From positions 1 to 57,271 of the forward strand of contig CAUJDU010000036.1 in assembly GCA_963169585.1 (NCBI GenBank): a stretch of DNA of 57,271 nt. The letters run 5' to 3'. A model generated the notes under the pieces. The model was not told where the DNA came from and did not search any database. It was given only the letters and a program-made list of their open reading frames with translations. The translations under genes and the position numbers were made by a program. Below, one piece after another: positions 17,844 to 29,672 of this stretch (position 1 is the first letter of the stretch; each line of letters begins with the position of its first letter). Source of the stretch: Actinomycetota bacterium. Lineage in GTDB: Bacteria > Actinomycetota > Acidimicrobiia > IMCC26256 > JAGPDB01.

Positions 17844-20597
17844 ATGGCAATTCCAGAATCACTGACTTCAAAGACGATGGATAAGTGTAAAAACTACTTC
17901 CAAAAGACATCACATAAAGTTATTGAAAATCCTTTAGGTTCTTTACGAAACATTATTACATTTATTGGCGTCACATTTAGTGCGACCATTGTTTGGCTTA
18001 CGCTTCAACCAAGCCTAATTTTTTCTAGTACAACAGCTACGGGTGGAGACATGGGTGCGCATGTCTGGTGGCCAGCATTCATGCGAGACTACCTCTTGCC
18101 TAGCGGGCGAATATTCGGTTGGACAATGGATTTTTATTCAGGATTTCCAGTAGGACAATACTATTTCCCTGTGCCAGCTTTAATGGTGGTGATATTAGAC
18201 CTGATTTTGCCATATAACATAGCTTTTAAGATTGTTACTGTCCTTGGTTCTGTATTCTTTCCAGTTTCTGCATATTATCTTGGAAGGTGTATCAAAGCTG
18301 TTAAACCAATTCCGTTGATAATGGCTTTTGCAGCAACTGCATTCTTATTTTTCAATGGGGATCCTAGAGGTGGTTTAACCGGAACAACCCTTGCCAACTA
18401 CCAGAATGCGCAATTCAACCATAGGATAATGGGTGGGCCTTTGCTTAGCGCAATGGCTGGAGAGTTTTCATTTTCGATAGCACTAACATTTTCTCTCCTT
18501 TTCTTAGGGACATTTTTTGTTATGTTGCGAGAAGGCAAGTGGAGAGTTTGGGTAGCGGTGTTGTTAGCACTAACCATTATGAGCCACTTGGTTGTAGCTA
18601 TTTTTGCTGGATTTGCAGCATTAATTTTTTGGGGCGTTAGCTATGTCGTACGTAATGGTATATATCAAAAATTGGGTGGTCTATTAATCGTATGGGTATT
18701 AGCTTTAGCTTTTGGGATAGGGGTTGTTGCTAGATATTTTTTCGACAATAAACTTTCTGGTTCAACGTCTGAGATGGCTGCAGCCGTAATTTTGATTGGT
18801 GCTTCGATAGCTATTGCTGTAGTCCTGGCATTTGGGTATAGGAATAAAAGACTTCATGTTATTAATATTTTTAAAGATTCATTACCATTGATTTTTGGTT
18901 TAATGATTTCAAGTATTTGGCTCGTCCCTTTGCTTATGCGATTTGGGTATACCTCTAATATGCGATACGACAAACTCGTCGATTTGCCAGAAACAATTGG
19001 CGTCAACGAGGTGTTTCACCTATATATTGCACCTACATATTTTTGGTGGACAGTATTTTTACCCGCTGCGATAGGTTTTATTCTGTCGGCAACCTTTTTA
19101 CGCAAATCTATACTTCCAATATTGTTAACTGCTGTTGCAATGGCAATGGTTTTCATACAATGGCCAGAAGGTCATGCTTGGAACTTACGATTCTTGCCGT
19201 TTTGGTATATCTTTATTTTCTTTGTTGCAGCCTTTGGCTATGGTGAAGTACTCCGGCTCCCAACAGCATTTACCTCAAAGTTGGCGTATACAACTAAGAA
19301 CAGAGAGCTGTTGAGATTTAGTAGGTTGATTTCTGTAGGAATAAGCGTAATCCTTGTTGTAGGTTTCATAGTTGCTTTAATTGGTTTAGGCAAAGCACCT
19401 ATTGATTCTGCAACTGACTGCGCATCTTCGAATGACAATAGATTATTCCCAGATAGAAGAGGATTAGCCGGTGGCTGGGCAAGATATAACTTTGAAGGGA
19501 TAGAGCGTAAACCTCAAGATAATACCTGTAAAACTGAGAGATCTGATAAAGAAAATTATACATCTTCGCTCGAATTTAAATCTTTGATGGAAACAATGGA
19601 CTCTCTTGAATCTGGACGTGCACTTTGGGAACCGCACGATGGATCTTATGGTACAACCATTGCTTTGACTTTGTTGCCATATTTTACCAATCATAGAATT
19701 GCTTCTCAAGAAGGTCTCTATTATGAAGCAGCGGGTTCTACGGGCTATCACTTCTTAAATGTTGCTGAGTTATCTTTAACTCCATCTAACCCTATGCGCT
19801 GGCCAAAATGTAAAGCCGGTCCTGATGGAAATCTGATAGAAACAGATGATTGTTTTATAACTGATTATTCGAATATGTCAGAGTTCGATAGGGGAGTAAA
19901 GCATCTACAAATGATGGGTGTACGATACTTTATGGCACATTCCAAGGAAGCCAAAGAAGCAGCCGCGAATCATCCAGATCTTGAACTTGTTGCTAGCGTC
20001 GCCGATCGGGATGGATTCAATCCTGTAGGTTGGGAAATCTTCGAGGTTAAAAACCATGACTTGGTTGAAGCATTAGATATTGAACCTGTTGTCATCAAAG
20101 ACAAAATAGATTCACATTATTGGACCCAAAGTGGAAACAAATGGTTACACACCTGGTTTAATGCTCCAGGCCAATATCCAGTGTTTACCAATGGTGGTCC
20201 TAGCCAATGGGAAAGAAAAACTGCAAAGCAAGCTTTAGCTAATCCAATAGGTGCTGATAAAGAAATCACAAAATCTAATGTGAAAGTTTCTGACATAGAA
20301 CTCAGCCAAGACAAGATTTCTTTTCATGTCGACAAAATCGGTGAACCTGTGCTGGTAAAAGTTTCCTATTACCCAACATTTAAAGCTTCAGGTGCTGGTG
20401 AAATATATCGTGCGAGTCCTAACTTTATGGTTGTGATACCGAATTCAAACGATGTAACTCTTGAAATTAAGAGAGATAACGTCGAATGGCTGTCGATATT
20501 GCTATTTTTGCTGGGTATTGCAGGTTGTGTCGGTATGAAAGTTGCTGAGAAAAGGAAAATTCGCCACCTATCGGATTTGCTCGGCCCGAAACGTTAG
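17844..20597 (+). CDS. Large polytopic membrane protein with a C-terminal extracytoplasmic domain, possibly a GT-C-type glycosyltransferase
   Basis: 917 aa, more than 12 predicted TM helices, GGDMGAHVWW motif in the first loop, soluble ~350-aa domain, terminal TM anchor. Confidence 0.7.
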   Translation: MAIPESLTSKTMDKCKNYFQKTSHKVIENPLGSLRNIITFIGVTFSATIVWLTLQPSLIFSSTTATGGDMGAHVWWPAFMRDYLLPSGRIFGWTMDFYSGFPVGQYYFPVPALMVVILDLILPYNIAFKIVTVLGSVFFPVSAYYLGRCIKAVKPIPLIMAFAATAFLFFNGDPRGGLTGTTLANYQNAQFNHRIMGGPLLSAMAGEFSFSIALTFSLLFLGTFFVMLREGKWRVWVAVLLALTIMSHLVVAIFAGFAALIFWGVSYVVRNGIYQKLGGLLIVWVLALAFGIGVVARYFFDNKLSGSTSEMAAAVILIGASIAIAVVLAFGYRNKRLHVINIFKDSLPLIFGLMISSIWLVPLLMRFGYTSNMRYDKLVDLPETIGVNEVFHLYIAPTYFWWTVFLPAAIGFILSATFLRKSILPILLTAVAMAMVFIQWPEGHAWNLRFLPFWYIFIFFVAAFGYGEVLRLPTAFTSKLAYTTKNRELLRFSRLISVGISVILVVGFIVALIGLGKAPIDSATDCASSNDNRLFPDRRGLAGGWARYNFEGIERKPQDNTCKTERSDKENYTSSLEFKSLMETMDSLESGRALWEPHDGSYGTTIALTLLPYFTNHRIASQEGLYYEAAGSTGYHFLNVAELSLTPSNPMRWPKCKAGPDGNLIETDDCFITDYSNMSEFDRGVKHLQMMGVRYFMAHSKEAKEAAANHPDLELVASVADRDGFNPVGWEIFEVKNHDLVEALDIEPVVIKDKIDSHYWTQSGNKWLHTWFNAPGQYPVFTNGGPSQWERKTAKQALANPIGADKEITKSNVKVSDIELSQDKISFHVDKIGEPVLVKVSYYPTFKASGAGEIYRASPNFMVVIPNSNDVTLEIKRDNVEWLSILLFLLGIAGCVGMKVAEKRKIRHLSDLLGPKR

Positions 20598-20608
20598 ACT
20601 TTATTATC

Positions 20609-21961
20609 ATGACACAATCTAGTTATGACATCGATGCTGTTTTCAAGGCCTATGACGTTCGGGGTCTGTATCCTGGCCAATGGGACGAAACCTTAGCTCG
20701 GCTTATCGGAAACTCGTTTGCTCTCTATCTGAACGCAGATTCAATAGTTGTTGGCTACGATATGCGTGTAACATCACCTTCTTTAGCGCAGGCTTTTATT
20801 GAGGGGGCTACTCTTGCGGGTGTTGATGTAGTCAATATTGGGCTTGCTTCAACAGATATGCTCTATTTTGCTAGTGGGAAACTTTCGATGGCAGGAGCAA
20901 TGATTACTGCTTCACATAATCCGTCAGAATACAACGGATTGAAAATGTGTAGGGCTTCTGCTGCTCCAATAGGACAAGATACTGGATTAAACCAGATCAA
21001 AGCTGCTGCTGCTAATGGTCTTATTGAACGTGCTGAAGAAAGCGGTACTGTCACAGAGCAAAATTTGCTAGATGATTTTCGTGAACATTGTTTGTCTTTT
21101 ATCGATCCAAAATCTCTTTCAAATTTAAAGGTGGTAGCTGATACTGCAAATGGAATGGGTGGTCTTGTAGTCCCACATGTTTTTAAATCTCTTGACTGTG
21201 AGCTGGAGGTTATTTTTGAAGAGCTCGATGGAACTTTTCCTAATCATCCAGCTGATCCGATACAACCCGAAAACTTGAAAGACCTCCAACAGCGAGTTGT
21301 TGAAACTGGTGCAGATATTGGCTTGGCTTTTGATGGGGATGCCGATCGAGTTTTCCTTGTTGACGATTTGGGACAAACATTGGGAGGCTTTTTAACTGTT
21401 GCTATGGTAGCGCAATCGCTTCTTAAAAAATTTCCAGGTGAATCTATTGTTTATAACCTGATTTGTTCAAAAGCAGTACCTGAAACCATTGAAGCAAATG
21501 GTGGAAAAGCTATACGTACTCGAGTTGGTCACAGTTACATTAAACAAGTAATGGCAGATGAGAAAGCGATATTTGGAGGAGAACATTCAGGCCATTATTA
21601 TTTTAGAGATAATTTCAAAGCAGATTCTGGTTTGATAGCAGCTTTAGTAGTTCTTGAACTACTCGCAAAGTCTGGTCAAAAATTGTCACAATTGCGTAAA
21701 CAATTTGAAACGTATTTCCAAAGTGGGGAAATTAATTCCAAGGTTGATGATGTTGCTCAAGCAATGCAAAGAGCTGTTTCGCAGTTTGATCCTAGTGAGG
21801 TTGATGATTTGGATGGTTTTACTGTCCAAGGTGAGAATTGGTGGTTTAATGTGCGACCAAGTAATACAGAGCCATTGGTAAGACTTAATGTAGAAGCCAC
21901 AACTAAAGAATTATGTGACACGAAAACTAGAGAGATTCTTGATTTGATACGGAACAACTAG
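20609..21961 (+). CDS. Phosphomannomutase/phosphoglucomutase
   Basis: TASHNPSEYNG phosphoserine loop, DGDADR metal loop, GEHSGH sugar loop. Confidence 0.9.
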   Translation: MTQSSYDIDAVFKAYDVRGLYPGQWDETLARLIGNSFALYLNADSIVVGYDMRVTSPSLAQAFIEGATLAGVDVVNIGLASTDMLYFASGKLSMAGAMITASHNPSEYNGLKMCRASAAPIGQDTGLNQIKAAAANGLIERAEESGTVTEQNLLDDFREHCLSFIDPKSLSNLKVVADTANGMGGLVVPHVFKSLDCELEVIFEELDGTFPNHPADPIQPENLKDLQQRVVETGADIGLAFDGDADRVFLVDDLGQTLGGFLTVAMVAQSLLKKFPGESIVYNLICSKAVPETIEANGGKAIRTRVGHSYIKQVMADEKAIFGGEHSGHYYFRDNFKADSGLIAALVVLELLAKSGQKLSQLRKQFETYFQSGEINSKVDDVAQAMQRAVSQFDPSEVDDLDGFTVQGENWWFNVRPSNTEPLVRLNVEATTKELCDTKTREILDLIRNN

Positions 21962-22194
21962 TGGATAGCGCATCTTGTCTTAGTAGCGAGCTGTTAGATT
22001 TGCTAGTTTGTCCAATAGATCATCAGGCATTGATATATGTCGAATCAGAAAATATTTTATATAACGAACGATTAAAAAAGAAATACGAAATAAAAAACAC
22101 TATTCCAATAATGCTGGTCGAAAAAGCACTGGATGTCTCGCAAGAAGAACATGAAAGATATATTGCGAAGCTAACTCGCAAAACCAAATCATAA
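21961..22194 (+). CDS. Trm112 family small zinc-finger-like protein
   Basis: LLDLLVCPIDHQ...IPIMLVEKA pattern, 77 aa. The GTG start shares 1 nt with the pmm stop. Confidence 0.7.
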   Translation: MDSASCLSSELLDLLVCPIDHQALIYVESENILYNERLKKKYEIKNTIPIMLVEKALDVSQEEHERYIAKLTRKTKS

Positions 22195-22208
22195 AGGAAA
22201 GAGAGAAA

Positions 22209-23237
22209 ATGGATTCAATTAACTTTACTGGAATGACACTAGGATTACCTGAACAGTTCAGCACTGCCATTGAGCAAGCAAAAGCTGTTGACCTTGCTTC
22301 ATTTGCTGATATCGAGTTTTCCTCAATTCTTGTTTTAGGGATGGGCGGTTCAGGGGTTAGCGGCGACATCGTTTCAGCAACACTTGCACCTGAATGCGCT
22401 ATTCCTGTGGTCGTAACAAAAAATTACGAACTTCCAGCATTTGTTAATTCAACAACTCTTGTTATTGCCGTTAGCTATTCGGGTAAGACAGAAGAAACTT
22501 TAAGTGCGGTTAAAAGTGCTCAAGAGAAATCAGCACCGATGATTGTTGTTTGTTCCGGTGGAGATTTGGCTGACATTGCACAAAATTCAGTATCGCCATG
22601 TGTGCGTTATAGTGCGCCAGATGCACTTCAACCTAGAGCTGGTATGGGTGCATTGATTGCTCCAATTATGGTTGCTCTCGACAAGCTTGGGCTTTATGGA
22701 AAGGGCATTTCAGATTGTGAGTCAGCAATAAAGCAATTAACGAAACGACGAGATGAATGCAAAGATCCAAATGCAGAAAATACTGCGAGTGAACTAGTCA
22801 CCAAAATTGGCAATACTATTCCTTTGATTTATGGTGGTGGGCAATTAGGCGCCGTTGCAGCATACCGTTTTAAATGTGATATTAATGAAAATGCAAAAAC
22901 ACCTGCCTATTGGAATGTCTATCCTGAACTTAATCACAATGAGATTGTTGGTTTTGGTCAGAACGGTGATTTGACAAGACAAGTTCTAACTCTTATTGAA
23001 TTTCGTCACGACTACGAACACAAACAAGTTCAACGTAGATTTGAGATATCAAGAGAGCTTATTCGCGAAACTTTGCACGATGTAGTTGAAGTACGAGCGA
23101 GTGGAGATACTCCGTTTGCTCAACTGTGTGACCTTATGTACATTGGGTCTCTAACAAGCGTGTTCATGGCATTAAAAGCAAGTGTTGATCCAGGTCCAGT
23201 CGATGTGATCTGGGAATTAAAAAATGCTCTTGCTTAA
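22209..23237 (+). CDS. SIS-domain bifunctional phosphoglucose/phosphomannose isomerase
   Basis: LGMGGSGVSGD SIS motif, ~340 aa, directly downstream of pmm. Confidence 0.8.
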   Translation: MDSINFTGMTLGLPEQFSTAIEQAKAVDLASFADIEFSSILVLGMGGSGVSGDIVSATLAPECAIPVVVTKNYELPAFVNSTTLVIAVSYSGKTEETLSAVKSAQEKSAPMIVVCSGGDLADIAQNSVSPCVRYSAPDALQPRAGMGALIAPIMVALDKLGLYGKGISDCESAIKQLTKRRDECKDPNAENTASELVTKIGNTIPLIYGGGQLGAVAAYRFKCDINENAKTPAYWNVYPELNHNEIVGFGQNGDLTRQVLTLIEFRHDYEHKQVQRRFEISRELIRETLHDVVEVRASGDTPFAQLCDLMYIGSLTSVFMALKASVDPGPVDVIWELKNALA

Positions 23238-23265
23238 GAAATTGATTTTAAGATAGGTTTTTGAG

Positions 23266-23838
23266 TTGGAAACAAAAAAAATTCCTTCCAATTACGATTG
23301 GAATCTTCTAAATAATGGAGATCCAAGAAACGTTATTGATAAGTACAAAACCTGGACCGAAGAAGCGATTGTTGCTGATCTGCAAAAATCGAGAGCTCCA
23401 ATGCATGTGGCGGTTGAAAATTGGGAGAAGGATCTAAACCTAGGGACCATTACTCGTAGCGCGAATGCTTTTAATGTTTCTGGCTTCCACGTTGTTGGAG
23501 AAAAAAAATGGAATCGTCGTGGTGCAATGGCGACCTACAGGTATATTTCTGTATATCATCATGAAAGTATTGAAGCTTTAATTGATTATTGCAAAACTCA
23601 TGATTTAGATTTGATAGGAATAGATTGCTGTGAGGGGTCGGTACCAATAGAAGGGGAGACCTTACCTGCTAACTCTATGCTTTTGTTTGGTAATGAAGGT
23701 GTCGGTTTAACAAAAGAGGCTGTAGCTGCTTGTAGCAAAGTTCTAGAAATCACAATGTCAGGTTCAACTCGATCGTTAAATTCTTCCGTTGCGGCCGGTA
23801 TTGCTATGTATCATTGGCAGAATAATCACGAAATATAA
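23266..23838 (+). CDS. SpoU/TrmH family RNA 2'-O-methyltransferase
   Basis: LFGNEGVGL and SLNSSVAAGIAMY SPOUT motifs; TTG start. Confidence 0.75.
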   Translation: METKKIPSNYDWNLLNNGDPRNVIDKYKTWTEEAIVADLQKSRAPMHVAVENWEKDLNLGTITRSANAFNVSGFHVVGEKKWNRRGAMATYRYISVYHHESIEALIDYCKTHDLDLIGIDCCEGSVPIEGETLPANSMLLFGNEGVGLTKEAVAACSKVLEITMSGSTRSLNSSVAAGIAMYHWQNNHEI

Positions 23839-23847
23839 ATACTCTAG

Positions 23848-25299
<1,452 letters not shown>

Positions 25300-25331
25300 T
25301 TGTTGTCGTAGGCCTACGCTATCTTGGGGCT

Positions 25332-25889
25332 ATGGAATGTAAAATCTGTACACCGTTAATTGAGTCGAAAAATAATTATAGTATTGAGTTTTTTAATTCA
25401 GACATTCTTAAAGCCCATGCTTGGCTATTCTCATTTTTAGATGCTCGAGAACTAGTTTCTGTATCAAAATTTAAGGGCGAATTTAGCCACTATTATCATC
25501 AAGCAAAGCTTTTGGCTGGCGTGGTTGCAGATATCGAGAATGCTAGTCAAGAATCTTTTGATATTACGTTTGTCCCAACTATTGCTCGACATAAGAAACA
25601 AAGGGGGTTTGACCATGCCGAGATCTTGGCTAAGAATACTGCAATATATCTGGATAGAAAGTCTATAAGCCTACTTACGCCATTACATCACCAGTCACAA
25701 GTTGGAAAATCTAAAAATGAACGAATAGCTAATCCAAAATTCTTTTGCCATTCACGGTTAGATGATAGAAACGTGATACTTATTGATGATGTCGCAACAA
25801 CCAGATCAACAGTTTTTCAAGCAGCGCAGGCTTTAAAAAAGTTAGGCGTACGTAATATTATTGCCATAACATTAAGTTTTAATTTTTAG
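25332..25889 (+). CDS. ComF family phosphoribosyltransferase-domain protein
   Basis: VILIDDVATTRST PRT motif; sits upstream of hpf-secA as in other actinobacteria. Confidence 0.75.
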   Translation: MECKICTPLIESKNNYSIEFFNSDILKAHAWLFSFLDARELVSVSKFKGEFSHYYHQAKLLAGVVADIENASQESFDITFVPTIARHKKQRGFDHAEILAKNTAIYLDRKSISLLTPLHHQSQVGKSKNERIANPKFFCHSRLDDRNVILIDDVATTRSTVFQAAQALKKLGVRNIIAITLSFNF

Positions 25890-26013
25890 TAAAAAATTCT
25901 TTTTGTCTCCGCGCGCATCAAGCGTAATTTCGGTATTTTTTGAGACATGTGTTAAAAATTCTCTTCAAGGTTTTTTGCTTCCTATCCGATTTGAACATAA
26001 GAGATAAATCTAG

Positions 26014-26256
26014 GTGAAAGGGTGCAACATGCAAGGTAATTCACAGCATCCAGAACAAAGTGAGTGGTCAAATGAATCGGATACAATAATGAGTGCAGCT
26101 GAGTCTTTAGTAGCAGATCTTTTTGAGCAAGCTGATAATGACTCTATGTATCACCATAGTGTTCCTTATGTCTTAAGTGCTTACCGTGATGGTCTAGTGC
26201 CATATGATAGTGAGGAATTAGCTCTACGTATTCTTGCGTGGTCACAAGCTCTGTAG
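26014..26256 (+). CDS. Hypothetical small acidic protein
   Basis: 80-aa ORF (ATG at 26029 also possible). No recognisable motif. Confidence 0.3.
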   Translation: MKGCNMQGNSQHPEQSEWSNESDTIMSAAESLVADLFEQADNDSMYHHSVPYVLSAYRDGLVPYDSEELALRILAWSQAL

Positions 26257-26297
26257 AACGACTATCATGTAGTAAAGATTACGGGCTAGGAGGCCAA

Positions 26298-26870
26298 GTG
26301 GAGATTACAGTTCACGAAAAACACACTCAAGTAAGCCAAGACATTAAAGATCTAGCAGTTGAAAAATTAGAGAAAATTACCAGGTTCGTAAGTGATGCTC
26401 ATTTGGTAGAGGTTGATTTTATTGAGCAGCCATCAAAAAATCCTGAGCAACGATTTGTCTGTGAAGTTACAGTTCACTGTAAAAGGAATGTCATCAAAGG
26501 CCATGGAGAAGGTATTGAAGCAGGTATCGCCCTTGACCTGGTTATAGATAAGGTGGAGCGTCAAGCTCAAAAGCTTAAATCTAAACGGGTTTCTAGATTT
26601 CACCCACGGAAGCGTGATCCTAAAACACATGCTTTGGTTCCAGATATTGATTTGGCTGCACTCATTTTTGAAGGAGAGGACCAGGACGAAGAGGCAAAAG
26701 TTGTAAGAACAAAAGAGATCGACTTAAAGCCAATGGATGCGGAAGAGGCTGCATTGCAAATGGACCTTCTTGGCCATGATTTCTTTGTGTTTCATAATTC
26801 TGAAGATGATAAATTTTCGGTTATGTACCGACGAAAAGATGGACATCTCGGCCTGATTTCACCTTCATAA
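26298..26870 (+). CDS. hpf: Ribosome hibernation promoting factor, long form
   Basis: VEITVHEKH... sigma-54-modulation/YfiA fold sequence plus a C-terminal dimerisation domain (DFFVFHN). AGGAGG lies 4 nt before GTG 26298. The ORF is open from 26238. Confidence 0.88.
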   Translation: MEITVHEKHTQVSQDIKDLAVEKLEKITRFVSDAHLVEVDFIEQPSKNPEQRFVCEVTVHCKRNVIKGHGEGIEAGIALDLVIDKVERQAQKLKSKRVSRFHPRKRDPKTHALVPDIDLAALIFEGEDQDEEAKVVRTKEIDLKPMDAEEAALQMDLLGHDFFVFHNSEDDKFSVMYRRKDGHLGLISPS

Positions 26871-26938
26871 CAAATTCATAGCGGTTTAGCTAAGAAGAAT
26901 CCTTTTAGTAAACACTTTTCCTAGTAACGTTATATGCC

Positions 26939-29641
26939 GTGGCTGTATTAAAAAAAGTATTAAGTGTTGGCGAAGGACGAAAGGTTAAAACTCTTGCAAA
27001 CCTAGTCCCAAAAGTAAACACCTTCGAAAACGAGTTAAAACTAAAAACCGATGAACAATTACGTGCACAAACTGATAAGTTCAAAAAGCGCCTAGAAAAT
27101 GGTGAAGATTTAGACGACCTATTGCCTGAAGCTTTTGCTACAGTTCGTGAAGCTGCAGGCAGAGTGCTGGGACAACGCCATTATGATGTCCAAATAATGG
27201 GTGGTGCTGCACTTCACTACGGTTGGGTTGCAGAAATGAAGACTGGCGAAGGAAAAACCCTTGTTTCAACATTGCCTGCATATTTAAATGCGCTTGCCGG
27301 TAAAGGTGTACATATAGTTACGGTGAATGATTACCTAGCTAGTCGTGACGCTATGTGGATGGGGCAAGTCCATCAATTTTTAGGTCTCACTGTCGGAATG
27401 GTTCTTCCCGATATCGATGACCCAGAGGAAAAAATTAAAGCCTACGCTTGTGATATTACTTATGGGACAAATAACGAATTTGGTTTTGACTATTTGCGTG
27501 ACAATATGGCTGTTCGTAAAGAACATCAGGCTCAGCGGGGACACTTTTTTGCGATTGTCGATGAAGTTGACTCTATTTTAATTGATGAAGCTCGGACACC
27601 TTTGATTATTTCTGGTCCTGCAAGCGAGAAAAGTGATTTATATAAACAGTTCTCAGGAATTGTTAAAGGTCTTGAGATAGATCGAGACTATGAGGTTGAC
27701 GAAGCAAAATTTACGGTTTCTCCTACTGAAGAAGGGATTGATCGGGTTGAACAAGCTTTAGGAATTGAGAACCTATATGAAAATGTTCACCAAAATTATG
27801 TGCACCAGTTAAATACTGCGATCAAAGCAAAAGAGTTATATAAAAAAGGTGTCGATTATATTATCCAAGATGGGGAAGTGCGGATAGTTGACGAGTTTAC
27901 TGGTCGAATACTTGAAGGTCGACGTTGGAGCGACGGAATTCACCAGGCAGTTGAGGCGAAAGAAAATGTTCGTATCCAAGAGGAAAACCAAACGTTAGCT
28001 ACGGTGACCCTTCAGAATTATTTCAAACTTTATGAAAAGATTTCTGGTATGACCGGTACTGGTTTGACTGAAGCTGGGGAATTCATGCATACATACGGCT
28101 TGGAAGTCGTTTCTATACCAACCAATAGGCCAGCAGCGCGTATAGATAATGCAGATTATATTTATAAAACTGAAGCTGGAAAATACAATGCGGTAGTTAA
28201 TGATTTGATTGAGCGACACAGATTGGGCCAACCAGTTCTAGTCGGAACAGTTTCTGTTGAAAAGTCAGAGAGACTGTCTAGAATGCTGACAAAATCTGGT
28301 GTTAAGCACAACGTATTGAATGCTAAAGAACACACGCGTGAAGGTCCAGTTATTGCTCAAGCTGGACGTATTGGTTCAGTTACGGTTGCTACAAACATGG
28401 CTGGTCGTGGTGTTGACATATTGCTGGGCGGAAATCCAGAAGGTCTTGCAGAGCAAGAATTCCTTGCAGCGAATAAAGATATCGAAGAGTTCTCTGAAGA
28501 GTTCAATACTCTCAAAGGAGAAATAGCAAAGGCATGTACCCAAGAAGGTGATAAAGTCCGAGAACTTGGTGGTCTCTATGTACTCGGTACCGAGAGACAC
28601 GAATCGCGAAGAATTGATAATCAGCTGCGTGGTCGTGCCGGACGTCAGGGAGATCCTGGCGAAAGCCGTTTCTATCTAAGCCTTGAAGATGATTTGATGA
28701 GACTATTCGCAAATAATGCAATGGGTTGGGTAATGGATAGAGCCTTCCCTGAAGATGTTCCTCTAGAAGCAAAAATGGTTAGTAAAGCTATCGAGCGCGC
28801 ACAACAAACTGTTGAAAGTCGCAACTTTGAAATTCGTAAAGATGTTCTTAAATATGACGAAGTGATGAATCAACAAAGAAAAATCATCTATGAGCGAAGG
28901 CAACAAATCTTAGATGGTGAAGACCTCGGAGAAGAAGCACAAAGAATAATTCAAGATGTAATAGTTCGCTTAACAAAGATTTATTGTGATGGGAATTATC
29001 CAGAAACTTGGAATATTGAATCTCTGATGAAAGATGCCGGAAATTACTATCCGATATCGCTTTCTGTTGAAAAAATTGCTTCTTTGTCTTCAACTTCAGA
29101 ACTTCAAGAAGTGATGGTTCAAGATGCACTGGATAGCTATTTGACTAAAGAATCTGTTCTCGGTTCAGAACGGCTTCGAGAGATAGAACGCCGAGTTATG
29201 TTAGACGTTATAGACCAGCATTGGCGAGAGCACCTTTATGAGATGGACTATTTACGCGAAGGAATCAACTTGCGCGCAATGGGACAACGAGATCCTGTAA
29301 CTGAATGGCAGCGAGAAGGTTTCGATATGTTCCAATCCATGATGGAAGTTGTTGAGAATGATTTTGTACAGTTCGTAATGAAACTCGAAATAGTTAAGGA
29401 ACAGCCAAAAGAAATAAGACAAGATCAATTTATTTATCAAGCACCAGAGAACCCTGTCCAAGGATCAAGTGCATATAACAATCTAAATGTTGACCCTGCA
29501 ATTGTTGGGGCAGCGCAAGGTGCTGTACAAAATTCTGAAAATGTTGTTCAAACGCCCGTACATGTAGAACAAACTCCAGGACGTAACGAACTATGTTCTT
29601 GTGGGAGCGGAAAGAAATATAAACACTGTCACGGAAAATGA
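26939..29641 (+). CDS. secA: Preprotein translocase ATPase SecA
   Basis: MKTGEGKT Walker A, DEVDSILIDEARTPLIISG, C-terminal CSCGSGKKYKHCHG zinc motif. Confidence 0.97.
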   Translation: MAVLKKVLSVGEGRKVKTLANLVPKVNTFENELKLKTDEQLRAQTDKFKKRLENGEDLDDLLPEAFATVREAAGRVLGQRHYDVQIMGGAALHYGWVAEMKTGEGKTLVSTLPAYLNALAGKGVHIVTVNDYLASRDAMWMGQVHQFLGLTVGMVLPDIDDPEEKIKAYACDITYGTNNEFGFDYLRDNMAVRKEHQAQRGHFFAIVDEVDSILIDEARTPLIISGPASEKSDLYKQFSGIVKGLEIDRDYEVDEAKFTVSPTEEGIDRVEQALGIENLYENVHQNYVHQLNTAIKAKELYKKGVDYIIQDGEVRIVDEFTGRILEGRRWSDGIHQAVEAKENVRIQEENQTLATVTLQNYFKLYEKISGMTGTGLTEAGEFMHTYGLEVVSIPTNRPAARIDNADYIYKTEAGKYNAVVNDLIERHRLGQPVLVGTVSVEKSERLSRMLTKSGVKHNVLNAKEHTREGPVIAQAGRIGSVTVATNMAGRGVDILLGGNPEGLAEQEFLAANKDIEEFSEEFNTLKGEIAKACTQEGDKVRELGGLYVLGTERHESRRIDNQLRGRAGRQGDPGESRFYLSLEDDLMRLFANNAMGWVMDRAFPEDVPLEAKMVSKAIERAQQTVESRNFEIRKDVLKYDEVMNQQRKIIYERRQQILDGEDLGEEAQRIIQDVIVRLTKIYCDGNYPETWNIESLMKDAGNYYPISLSVEKIASLSSTSELQEVMVQDALDSYLTKESVLGSERLREIERRVMLDVIDQHWREHLYEMDYLREGINLRAMGQRDPVTEWQREGFDMFQSMMEVVENDFVQFVMKLEIVKEQPKEIRQDQFIYQAPENPVQGSSAYNNLNVDPAIVGAAQGAVQNSENVVQTPVHVEQTPGRNELCSCGSGKKYKHCHGK

Positions 29642-29672
29642 ACTTTCTAAATCATTAGTGTCTGGATAACTT

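Noticed and set aside
25307-25318. Perfect 12-bp palindrome cgtaggcctacg just after the ahcY stop
   Set aside because: It has no loop and no U tract, so it cannot form a useful terminator hairpin. It is too short to distinguish from chance, though a protein-binding site is not excluded.
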